From an uncultured bacterium (lineage in GTDB: Bacteria; Cyanobacteriota; Vampirovibrionia; Gastranaerophilales; Gastranaerophilaceae): a stretch of DNA of 64,000 nt. The DNA lies in assembly GCA_948684385.1 (NCBI GenBank), contig CAPQCU010000001.1, positions 244,545 through 308,544 on the forward strand, given 5' to 3'. This document shows positions 39,436-48,169 of the stretch, piece by piece. Both the position numbers and the translations under genes were made by a program. The notes under the pieces are model-generated. The model saw only the letters and a program-made list of their open reading frames with translations. It made no database searches and was not told the origin of the DNA. How positions within the stretch are numbered: position 1 is the first letter of the stretch; each line of letters begins with the position of its first letter.

Positions 39436-41517
39436 TTATGAATAAATTTCTTTAAATTCGCTTGATTGAATATAATTTGTCAACCAAGTTCGGTCATCAT
39501 TGGTTATGCAACCATTTTGCATATGCCACTCATATCTTTCGTAGCTTGTTGTAAAAATTGGACGAGCAACAATTGAGGTCTTGATTTTTGGTATAATTTT
39601 TTGCTCTTTTGGAACAACAGGTTTTACTGGTTCATTTGGAATTTTGATTTCATTGACCATTTTTGATTCAATCAATGGAATATCGTCTAAACTGAAATGT
39701 TCCTTGATGGCTTTTATGGTTTTACGTCTTAACTTGGCTTGTTTTTCAATCTTTTGTTTGTAATCTTCAATATCTTTAATATCACCCATCTGTGCAGCAA
39801 GTGGATGCGTTTCTGTAACACGATTAGCCTTACAAATAAATTCCCCTTTTAAGGTATAAACTTTGATATAGCTTAAATCAAATAAACTATATTTAATTAT
39901 TGCTTTTTCTTTAATACCATATAATTCTTCATCAAAATAATCTGCTTTTAAAAACCTAATACCATTCCTGCCAATGGTCTTAACCTCTTGTGCCATCATT
40001 AAATCGTCTAAATTTTTCTCATCAATGTTTTGCTTTTTAACTTCATCTAAAACTTCTTTAACGGTTTTCCCTTCAGCATTTGTACAAGGTTGAGAGTGCT
40101 TGTATTCTAACCATTTATTTATTAATGCAATAGCTTGTTCTATCGTTGGAGTGAATTCATATTTTTCATGCATTGCTTTGTGCAATTTTTCATTTCTTTT
40201 CATCCAAGCCGGCTTATTCTCTATACTTGTTCCAATATAGCTCGGCATCAATTTTTCAAACCCTTCTTGAAAATCCAAAAAGAAACGTTCTATTACTTTT
40301 GCTCTAGCATTGTACGGTGTTGCATATACAGGTTTTATTCCTAATTTTTCGTAAACACCTGTAAATCCTAACTCTTCAAACTTTTTATCTCCATTAAAAA
40401 ATTTAGATTTAAAAGCTCTGCCATTATCTTGATATACAAACTCCGGAATATGATCCATATTTAAAATGGCATTTCTTAAGGCTGAAGCGATATTTTGAGT
40501 ACATTCTTCAAGCATAATATCATATCCCACAAGACCGCCGGATTTCCAATCCAAGAATCCCAATAAAGTTGCCCTACAAGGTTTGCCTGTAAATGGATTT
40601 ATAACTTGGAAATTTAGGGTATGTCCATCAGCTATTAGAACTTGTCCGGGTTTTAATAGAGAAGCATTTCTTACTATATATGGTTCTACTTTATCTTTTA
40701 GTGCTTTTTGTCCTTCTCGCGCTAATGTCCATTTATCTAAATTAAAATCTCGAAACCAATATGCATATCTTCTAAAAGTTATATCTTTAGGAAGTATTTC
40801 GTATCCTCTCTCCATTAATATATGTTTTGTCAGGCTAATGGATTTGCCTATAGAAAAATTATTCGGAGATAAAAGTATTTTTAAGAATATTTTTATTTGT
40901 TCATCGTTTAATGTTGTATTATATTCTTTTCTTGTTGAATATTTATATTGACCAACTAAAGCTGTCCAGTCATTTTTGTATCCTAATGTTCTTCTCCATC
41001 TATATAATGAACCTACGGAAACTTTACCGAGAATTTTAAAGATTTCTTCATGTAAAAAACCTGTGTTATATAATTGAATAAATTTGAAATCAATATTTTC
41101 TTTATTATTAGATTTGAATTGATTATTTTTCTTTTCCCTTTTTTCATTATTTCTAAAATCAATCCAACTTCTCACAATATCATATTTGGCTAGTGCCATT
41201 CTCTTTTGATTTTCTGATATTAATTTTTCTTGTTTGATTTCAAAATTATTTAATTCAATTATTTCATTGTCTATATGTTTAAAATCATCATAATATTCTT
41301 GTATATATTTAATTTGGTACTCTTCTTCTAAAGTCGACAGTTTAATTTTATATGTTTTGCCACCTCTGACATTTTCTACCTTATATTCATATTTATTTTG
41401 ATTGAGTGAAAGACGAACTCCTCTTTTTGTAATACCTTTAAGTTTTGCAACGGTTTCAACATCTACCCAAGTTTGAGTTCTGTCTATATTATTTAATATG
41501 TTATTATTATCCGACAT
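39436..41517 (-). CDS. Mu/TnsB/TniA-family DDE transposase
   Basis: 693 aa. DDE triad (LIADGHTLNF, VYQDNGRAFKS, YNARAKVIERFF) and the TIGRNGI barrel motif. RBS AGGAGATTAC. Confidence 0.85.
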   Translation of the reverse strand: MSDNNNILNNIDRTQTWVDVETVAKLKGITKRGVRLSLNQNKYEYKVENVRGGKTYKIKLSTLEEEYQIKYIQEYYDDFKHIDNEIIELNNFEIKQEKLISENQKRMALAKYDIVRSWIDFRNNEKREKKNNQFKSNNKENIDFKFIQLYNTGFLHEEIFKILGKVSVGSLYRWRRTLGYKNDWTALVGQYKYSTRKEYNTTLNDEQIKIFLKILLSPNNFSIGKSISLTKHILMERGYEILPKDITFRRYAYWFRDFNLDKWTLAREGQKALKDKVEPYIVRNASLLKPGQVLIADGHTLNFQVINPFTGKPCRATLLGFLDWKSGGLVGYDIMLEECTQNIASALRNAILNMDHIPEFVYQDNGRAFKSKFFNGDKKFEELGFTGVYEKLGIKPVYATPYNARAKVIERFFLDFQEGFEKLMPSYIGTSIENKPAWMKRNEKLHKAMHEKYEFTPTIEQAIALINKWLEYKHSQPCTNAEGKTVKEVLDEVKKQNIDEKNLDDLMMAQEVKTIGRNGIRFLKADYFDEELYGIKEKAIIKYSLFDLSYIKVYTLKGEFICKANRVTETHPLAAQMGDIKDIEDYKQKIEKQAKLRRKTIKAIKEHFSLDDIPLIESKMVNEIKIPNEPVKPVVPKEQKIIPKIKTSIVARPIFTTSYERYEWHMQNGCITNDDRTWLTNYIQSSEFKEIYS

Positions 41518-41529
41518 AGTAATCTCCTA

Positions 41530-42006
41530 ATTCGAAGTCATTGTATGTTAGATTGAAATTTATCAAATTGGAAGTCATTGAGGAGGAAGTGTGTCGTTTT
41601 GTATCCTAAAATTTCAAATTGTAAAGTAAAATAAATTACTTCATTTTATTATGTTGAAGTAATTTATTAAAAAACTTTTAAATACCTTTTAAAAATTTAC
41701 ATTTTGAGGGAAAATTTCTCACAAAAACTTCCTACTTAAGGATTTTAAAGCAATCAGATGTAAGTAACAGAAAGAATGAGAAAACTACAATAAATTACCT
41801 GAAACGAGAGGGAAGTAAATTCCACGTTACAAGAGGGAAAGAATGAATTTTACTGCATTATAAACACTTCCGACTTTTTCATATTTTATGGTTTGAGGTA
41901 ATTTATAATGTCAATTTGGCATCAATACCTAAAAGCCAAATATATCAAAGGATTAAGGCAAAATGCGAGGATTTAAAACGGATTTTTGAGGTAATTAAAG
42001 CGGACA
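41530..42006. repeat. array of putative transposase-binding repeats at the element end
   Basis: GAAGTCATTG x2 (41534, 41571). Perfect 14-bp inverted repeat AATAAATTACTTCA/TGAAGTAATTTATT (41630-41668). GAAGTAAAT (41812), GAGGTAATTT (41894), GAGGTAATTA (41988). Confidence 0.6.
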
Positions 42007-42095
42007 TATTTGCTAAATTAATTTGACCGAAACTATTTTGCGGGAACTCGGCTAATATTCAAATGTGTCGGGGGTTTTAGCGAGTTCTTGTTAAA

Positions 42096-44459
42096 TTAAC
42101 GGACTTTCCGTTTGTCCTGTAACTTTATATTTGCAACTCCGCCTATTTCAACACCGTCAATTAATTCTTCTTGTTTTATGCCCATAACCTCCATCGACAT
42201 ATTACAAGCAATAAACTTGACTCCATTTTCCTGTGCTTGTTTGATTAATTCCGCCAGAGTTGAAACATTTTTATTTTTCATAACCCATTTCATCATAGCT
42301 GAACCCATACCAAACATATTCATTTTCGAAAGTGTAAGTTTTTCTGCTCCTTTTGGCATCATTAAACCAAACATTGTATCAATGAATGATTTTTTTACGT
42401 TTACATTTTCTTTTCTTAAAATGTTCAATCCCCAAAAAGTAAAAAACATTGTAACATCTTTCCCGCTTGCTTTTGCACCGTTTGCAATTATAAAAGAAGC
42501 TAAAGCTTTATCTAAATCATTTGAAAAAACAACGATTGTCTGTCCGTTTTTTGTTTCATTAATACTATTTTTATCTTGCAGATTGCCTTTTTGGATTGTT
42601 GCAACAATTTTTTTATCAATAGTATCCAAATTCAATAATCTGTTTCCCGTTGAACTGCACCAAGCCTCAACATCAGAATAAAATCCTTTATCTGTTGAAG
42701 TTATTTCTAAAACATCACCTTCATTAAGATTAGACACATTTTCAGAAAGTTTCATAATAGGTCCCGGACAAGATAAACCGCAAGCATCAATTTTCGTAAT
42801 ATTCTGATTTTCTGATACTGCAACTGCTTGCAGTGTGCTTGTTTTGGTAATTTTTCCTTCCTTATCTCTTTGAATTTCAGAATACAACTTCATTCCGCCC
42901 ATAAACGAATAAACATTATTAAATCCGTTTTGAATAAGTATTCTTGAAGCTAAATAGCTTGTATAGCCCGAATTACAAATCAAAATAACTTTTTTATCTT
43001 TTGGAATTTCATCAAGCCTGTTTCTCAATGTTTCAATCGGAATATTAATTGCTCCTTCAATTGTTTTTGTATTAAAACTTTCAGGAATTCTCACATCAAT
43101 CACAAAAGAACCTTCTAAATCTTCATAAAATGCGGGTTTTACAAAACCTTTCAATACATTATCAGCGCACATTCCCAAAATATTTATAGGGTCTTTAGCA
43201 GACGAATACGGCGGAGCATAACATAACTCGCTATCCAAAAGTTCTTGCACGCTACCATTATTTCTCATTATTGAAGAAATTACATCAATTCTTTTTTCTA
43301 CGCCTTCTTGACCAACAGCTTGTGCACCTAAAATTTTACCATCATTATTGAATAATAGTTTATAAAAAGTTGAAGTTGCATCAGGATAGTATCCTGCATG
43401 AGAATTTCCAAATGTTAAAATCTTCCAATAAGAAATATTTTCTCTTTTTAAAATCTTTTCATTGTATCCTGTACAAGCAACGGTATAATCAAAAACTTTT
43501 AAAACAGATGTACCTTGCGATTTTTTGTAAGTTGAATGAATTCCGCAAATATTATCAGCAATAATTCGACCTTGCCTGTTGGCAGGTCCTGCTAAAGGAA
43601 TTAAAACATCATTATCGGTTACAAAGCTTTTTATTTCAACACTATCACCGCCTGCATAAATATTTTCATCAGAAGTTTGCATTTTGTCATTAACCTTAAT
43701 GCCACGATTAGTCTCTAAACCAGCATTTTGCGCCAAAGTAATCTCCGGTTTTACTCCGATTGCCAAAATTGCAATATCATATTCAAATCTTTTACTTGAA
43801 TTTAACTCTATTTCACCGTCAGAAAATCTTTTTACCCCATCGGATAAAATAAGTTCTACCCCGTTAACCCTCATCTCATTTTGTGCAAAACAAGCAACTT
43901 CATAATCAACAGGAGCAAGAATCTGATTAGATAGTTCGACAACTTTAGTGTTAATTCCAAGATGAGCTAAGTTCTCAGCCATTTCAATACCAATAAAACC
44001 CGCACCTATTACAATAGCTGATTTAACATTATTTTTTGAAATATAATTTTTAATTTTATCAGCATCATCCAAAGTTCTTACAGTAAAAATGTTTTTGTTA
44101 TTAATTCCTTCTAATGGAGAAATTATCGGATTTCCTCCCTGTGCTAAGACAAGTTTGTCATAATAAAATTTTTCACCAAGATTAGATAAAACATATTTTT
44201 CTTCTCTGTTAATTTCAACTACTTCTGTATTTAATCGAATATCAATATTAAACATATTCTTAAATTTTTGAGGGTTTGATACAAGGATTTTTTCTCTATC
44301 ATTAATTACATCTGAGCAGTAATATGGCAAACCGCAATTTGCAATTGAAACTTCATTAGTACGTTCAAGAATAGTTATTTCACAATTTTCATCCAATCTT
44401 CTTAACCTTGTTGCACAACTTGCACCACATGCTCCACCTCCGATTATAATTACTCTCAT
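42096..44459 (-). CDS. CoA-disulfide reductase-like flavoprotein fused to rhodanese, TusA-like and DsrE-like domains
   Basis: GGGACG FAD motif, redox Cys in SIANCGLPYY, rhodanese loop CNSGYTS, TusA CPGP motif (GLSCPGPIMKL) and a DsrE-like C-terminus. Start set at MRVIIIGGG after GGAGGTGCA. Confidence 0.8.
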   Translation of the reverse strand: MRVIIIGGGACGASCATRLRRLDENCEITILERTNEVSIANCGLPYYCSDVINDREKILVSNPQKFKNMFNIDIRLNTEVVEINREEKYVLSNLGEKFYYDKLVLAQGGNPIISPLEGINNKNIFTVRTLDDADKIKNYISKNNVKSAIVIGAGFIGIEMAENLAHLGINTKVVELSNQILAPVDYEVACFAQNEMRVNGVELILSDGVKRFSDGEIELNSSKRFEYDIAILAIGVKPEITLAQNAGLETNRGIKVNDKMQTSDENIYAGGDSVEIKSFVTDNDVLIPLAGPANRQGRIIADNICGIHSTYKKSQGTSVLKVFDYTVACTGYNEKILKRENISYWKILTFGNSHAGYYPDATSTFYKLLFNNDGKILGAQAVGQEGVEKRIDVISSIMRNNGSVQELLDSELCYAPPYSSAKDPINILGMCADNVLKGFVKPAFYEDLEGSFVIDVRIPESFNTKTIEGAINIPIETLRNRLDEIPKDKKVILICNSGYTSYLASRILIQNGFNNVYSFMGGMKLYSEIQRDKEGKITKTSTLQAVAVSENQNITKIDACGLSCPGPIMKLSENVSNLNEGDVLEITSTDKGFYSDVEAWCSSTGNRLLNLDTIDKKIVATIQKGNLQDKNSINETKNGQTIVVFSNDLDKALASFIIANGAKASGKDVTMFFTFWGLNILRKENVNVKKSFIDTMFGLMMPKGAEKLTLSKMNMFGMGSAMMKWVMKNKNVSTLAELIKQAQENGVKFIACNMSMEVMGIKQEELIDGVEIGGVANIKLQDKRKVR

Positions 44460-44527
44460 TGCACCTCCGTTTAAGTTTGAATATGTGTTGACATTATCAA
44501 AAATGATATGATAGACTTCGCCGGAGG

Positions 44528-45268
44528 TCAAGTAACGCGTAAACTTGATTGCATCAATGAATGTTTTCTTATGTATTTGGAACGAAGAGAGTTGTTTGAA
44601 ATTCTAACCTGCTCTATATATGTTTTTGCATTTTTAAACCTGTCTTTACCGGCAAAATACATACTTCTGCGAATAAAATCGTCTTTAGGTCCAAAGTTAA
44701 CAGCTAATCGTTCACCCGGTTCTCCGACACAAGAACATCCGCCGTTATATCTTCGAATATGAAGTCGTAAACCATCGTCGGTAGTTGAGCTAAATTTGTG
44801 CATCATATCTTTACTACCCTCAAAATATTCTGACTGTTTCAATATATGATTTATTTTATTACCCTTGCTGTCAAAAACTTGTGTAACTCCATAAGCAGGT
44901 AATTTCTTTCCTTCCAGCCTATAACAAAATGGTATACCCGGTGTTTGTATAACTGATTTAATGACTTTATTATCTTTTCCGAGAGTCGTAATAACTTCTG
45001 TTGTGCGTTCACGTCCTTGAAATTTATATTTGTATGATTTTACAAATATTGTACCCCCATCACCGGTATTAAAATAAGGTATTCCTAAATTTGTAATTTC
45101 TTTGTTGTTCAAAATTTTTGAATAATATTTTTTAGGAATTGCAAACCATTCACCTATTTTTTTAGATTGAGAAATCTTAAAACTTCCTATTGTACGGTCA
45201 TAAATTTCCTCAGCAAAATCGGATACGTATTCCAAAATTCTTCTCTTTATGATTTTGAATTTCATCAT
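44528..45268 (-). CDS. hypothetical protein
   Basis: 246-aa ORF, no recognised motif. Confidence 0.45.
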   Translation of the reverse strand: MMKFKIIKRRILEYVSDFAEEIYDRTIGSFKISQSKKIGEWFAIPKKYYSKILNNKEITNLGIPYFNTGDGGTIFVKSYKYKFQGRERTTEVITTLGKDNKVIKSVIQTPGIPFCYRLEGKKLPAYGVTQVFDSKGNKINHILKQSEYFEGSKDMMHKFSSTTDDGLRLHIRRYNGGCSCVGEPGERLAVNFGPKDDFIRRSMYFAGKDRFKNAKTYIEQVRISNNSLRSKYIRKHSLMQSSLRVT

Positions 45269-45324
45269 ATCTAATAAAAAACATAAAAAAATAAATTTTG
45301 CCAGTTATTAACTTTCAAGGACTT

Positions 45325-45636
45325 TTACAAAAATTTTAAACCTGTAATTCCTGAAATGATAAATGTTATACAAACAATTCTCATAACTGTTACGGGTTCT
45401 TTGAATAAAAGTATTCCTAATATAACTGTGCCAATTGTGCCGATACCTGTCCAAACTGCATAAGCTGTTCCTAATGGTATATTTTTTAGTGCAAGAGATA
45501 AAAAATAGAAACTTAAAATCATTCCAACAACAGTTAAAATACTAATTGTTACATTAGAAAATCCGTCTGATAGTTTCATTCCAATAGCCCATGCAATTTC
45601 AAAAATTCCTGCGATTAATAAATAAAACCAATACAT
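45325..45636 (-). CDS. sugE: SMR-family small multidrug/guanidinium exporter (SugE/Gdx-like)
   Basis: 103 aa with four TM segments and a conserved membrane Glu in AGIFEIAWAIGMKLSDGF. Confidence 0.8.
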   Translation of the reverse strand: MYWFYLLIAGIFEIAWAIGMKLSDGFSNVTISILTVVGMILSFYFLSLALKNIPLGTAYAVWTGIGTIGTVILGILLFKEPVTVMRIVCITFIISGITGLKFL

Positions 45637-45769
45637 AATTATTCTCCTTTTTTACATACAAAAACGCATCTTTCAAATATTCCTTCAAAGGCCTAATGGA
45701 ATATTAAAAGATGTGTAAAATAACACTCCAGATGACTATTTGTAACAGTAAAAACGAGTATTTAGAATT

Positions 45770-46147
45770 TTAAAATTTAATTAAACTTTTAACAATATTC
45801 AATAATTTGTTTAAGCAATTAACTAAGTTCCATTTTAAACTTTGAGGAGCAATCTCTTCTATCTGAGTTTGTGAAATAGTATCTTGTCTTCTATCCTCAA
45901 ATATTGTTATAACTTTATGGGTGTTCTTGTCATAAGGAATTATGTACCATTTATCATGAAATTTGTAACGATATCTTGTAACCCTGTTAGATTGTCTATC
46001 TAGCATATAAAAACCTTCGTCATATTTCTGAGATTGGATACGTCTTTGAATTGCTTTTCTATCAATCTGCACACCTAATCTTTCATCACATCGTTTTTTG
46101 AAGTGATATGTTTGATTTTTGGCTTTAGTTTTTCGTTGCTTTTTCAT
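45770..46147 (-). CDS. small basic hypothetical protein (possible toxin-like)
   Basis: 125 aa. The HFKKRCDERLG...VITIF pattern is reminiscent of small RNase-type toxins. Weak call. Confidence 0.4.
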   Translation of the reverse strand: MKKQRKTKAKNQTYHFKKRCDERLGVQIDRKAIQRRIQSQKYDEGFYMLDRQSNRVTRYRYKFHDKWYIIPYDKNTHKVITIFEDRRQDTISQTQIEEIAPQSLKWNLVNCLNKLLNIVKSLIKF

Positions 46148-46164
46148 TTATTTGCATCTCACGA

Positions 46165-46743
46165 CTATGTTGCTTGTTTTATATAAGAATTGATTTTATT
46201 TAGATATTTTTTACTAACTTCAATTTTAAATTCAGGGTTGTACGCATCTTTTAAATTGTAATTTTCAGTAAATGAATATAAAATATTATAAAAGGTTTTT
46301 AATAATTCTTTTTTATTGATTATGGCATCGCATTCAATTTTGTAATCACGTATTGTATATTCATCAATATCATCATTTAAAAATAAATTATAATCATGAG
46401 CAAAAATAAATCTCACGTTATTATTATCAATAGGTTCAGCATAAAGAATTGGCAAACTTCCTTCATTATCAAGAACTAAAACAGTTTTTTCTTTTAATGA
46501 TATTAATTTTTCAAAAAAACGAACCAAACAGGAAGTATCAAACATACATGAACTATACTTAATTAAAAATTCAGAAGTATCATTCTTTACAGTTATACAA
46601 ACCCATCCGACCCTTTCTTTTATATTTATAAACGATAAATTTGAATTAGTACTTGGACTTGATTTTTCAATCAAATCCATAATTTCTTTTTCTTCTTCTG
46701 CGTCTATACCTGCTCCTAGTATAGTGCCATCTAAAAATTTCAT
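46165..46743 (-). CDS. hypothetical protein
   Basis: 192 aa. 17-nt gap to the downstream small basic ORF. Confidence 0.45.
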   Translation of the reverse strand: MKFLDGTILGAGIDAEEEKEIMDLIEKSSPSTNSNLSFINIKERVGWVCITVKNDTSEFLIKYSSCMFDTSCLVRFFEKLISLKEKTVLVLDNEGSLPILYAEPIDNNNVRFIFAHDYNLFLNDDIDEYTIRDYKIECDAIINKKELLKTFYNILYSFTENYNLKDAYNPEFKIEVSKKYLNKINSYIKQAT

Positions 46744-46818
46744 TATTATTTTACCTCCAAATATTTTTTGATTATATCTGAATCTTTTTTTAATTGTTTT
46801 AGAACATTATAATATTCT

Positions 46819-47907
46819 CTATGGACCCATAAAAGAGATTAAATTATATCCTTTTTCTTCACCTACTTTCATCATGTATTCCATTCTATAGATAAATCTC
46901 CTATAAAAGTCAATAATCAATTCTTTTTCTGTATTATCTTTTTGGGGTCTATTTTCATTATATTCTTTAATCTGCTCAGCAGTTAGATTTTTGGCATATA
47001 CCAATTCATAAGTTGCAAAACCTCTTTTTTCTTTTAATTTATCTGTAAATTCATTTTCCCTTCCTGTAGATAATGCGTTCATTGTATCTTTGATATCTTT
47101 TAACATATTTTCAACTGAACTAAATGTATAAAAATTGTGTGTTAAATACCATTCAAAATCACTTAAATATGATGGCTGTTCGTCATCATCTCCATGATAA
47201 TCTACTCTCTTTTTATTAGCTTCAAGTTCATTATCAAAATACTTATATAGAAATGGTGTTAAATATTGATCGACATCATTTTCTTCAATTGAAATTTCGG
47301 CACTTCCCATTTCTGCAATATTATCTATACCATTTGTATCAGAAAAATCAATAACTCTTACCGGACGGGTCCAAAAGTAAGAAGAACAGTCATGACCATC
47401 AATTATTTCAATTTCTTTTTTAAAGATATCCCTTCCTACAACATCAAAGCAAAGTTCTTTTATTTGAGTAAGAATTTGTTCATTATTTTGCTTGGTGGTA
47501 TTTGCTATATCAAACAAATCTTTTAATTTTAAATAAGATTTATAATAAATATTTGACTCTGACAAAAATCTGTCAACTGAATAGTAAATTTCATCATCTG
47601 ACATATAATTTGAATAATTTTCTTTAAGCAAATTTAATAAATCTCCAGTATGTAATTGCGAAATATTACAGCACCTTATAAAATCTGTTTCTTTTTTAGG
47701 GAATAACCCACCTAATGCTTTAATTAATTCTTCCTTACTTACATCAGGGTAATTGGAAACTGTTATTTGGTCATTCCCTGCATTTTTATGTTTTTTCCAA
47801 CTTTTGTATTTTGGATTATAGATGTAGTACAGATATTCGTTTTTGGTTATAAAAATTAAATTTTCTTCAGGAAATTTTACTGCTTCAAATTTATCAAATA
47901 ATTTCAT
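46819..47907 (-). CDS. hypothetical protein
   Basis: 362-aa ORF. RBS AAAGGAGAAC. Confidence 0.5.
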   Translation of the reverse strand: MKLFDKFEAVKFPEENLIFITKNEYLYYIYNPKYKSWKKHKNAGNDQITVSNYPDVSKEELIKALGGLFPKKETDFIRCCNISQLHTGDLLNLLKENYSNYMSDDEIYYSVDRFLSESNIYYKSYLKLKDLFDIANTTKQNNEQILTQIKELCFDVVGRDIFKKEIEIIDGHDCSSYFWTRPVRVIDFSDTNGIDNIAEMGSAEISIEENDVDQYLTPFLYKYFDNELEANKKRVDYHGDDDEQPSYLSDFEWYLTHNFYTFSSVENMLKDIKDTMNALSTGRENEFTDKLKEKRGFATYELVYAKNLTAEQIKEYNENRPQKDNTEKELIIDFYRRFIYRMEYMMKVGEEKGYNLISFMGP

Positions 47908-47967
47908 TTTGTTCTCCTTTTTAGTTCAGGTCTGATCACCTTTCATTCAATCTTTTCTAATATATTT

Positions 47968-48153
47968 TTAATCCCACATTATACATAAGTCACGCTCCAT
48001 TTTTGTTTTACATTTTTCACAATAAATAATCTGCGGGATATCATCAACTTGAGAATTTCCATTGTCAAATCCTTGTTGCAACATGTTGTAATTTTGTTGA
48101 ATTTTAACTATATTTCCACATTTTGGACATTTATAAATTAAAGTTACACCCAT
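47968..48153 (-). CDS. small zinc-ribbon protein
   Basis: CPKCGN...CEKCKTKM. Start set at MGVTLIY after GAGGAG. Confidence 0.5.
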   Translation of the reverse strand: MGVTLIYKCPKCGNIVKIQQNYNMLQQGFDNGNSQVDDIPQIIYCEKCKTKMERDLCIMWD

Positions 48154-48169
48154 TTTAAACTCCTCATGA

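Larger units (their letters stand above)
37191..42090 (-). mobile_element. transposition module: DDE transposase, AAA+ ATPase and an inactivated integrase-like protein, with a repeat-rich end
   Basis: Three tightly packed genes (ATPase and integrase-like genes overlap by 38 nt; transposase and ATPase genes are 12 nt apart). A 578-bp non-coding end carries at least 6 GA(A/G)GTAA(T/A)TT sites. The other end was not located. Confidence 0.6.

Noticed and set aside
40583-40951. 122-aa + strand ORF, and similar 60-90-aa ORFs listed inside long genes
   Set aside because: They are all embedded antisense or out of frame within strongly supported genes (transposase, thrS, GH57, metG and others), and they have no RBS or recognisable motifs.
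41520-42090. Repeat-rich AT-rich region as a CRISPR array
   Set aside because: The repeats are about 10 nt long, occur in both orientations, are irregularly spaced, and have no cas genes nearby. This fits transposase-binding subterminal repeats instead.
42112-42681. 189-aa + strand ORF
   Set aside because: It lies entirely antisense to the well-supported DsrE/TusA part of the 787-aa flavoprotein, and its hydrophobic, low-complexity translation is typical of an antisense frame.
45637-45769. Possible guanidine riboswitch upstream of the SugE/Gdx-like exporter
   Set aside because: I read the leader on the minus strand. It has no ACGR-loop hairpin pair (guanidine-II), no guanidine-III-like CCGGACGAGG core, and no ykkC-like GGGA/ACGR elements. 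Only an AT-rich 8-bp hairpin (AATATTCC/GGAATATT) is present.
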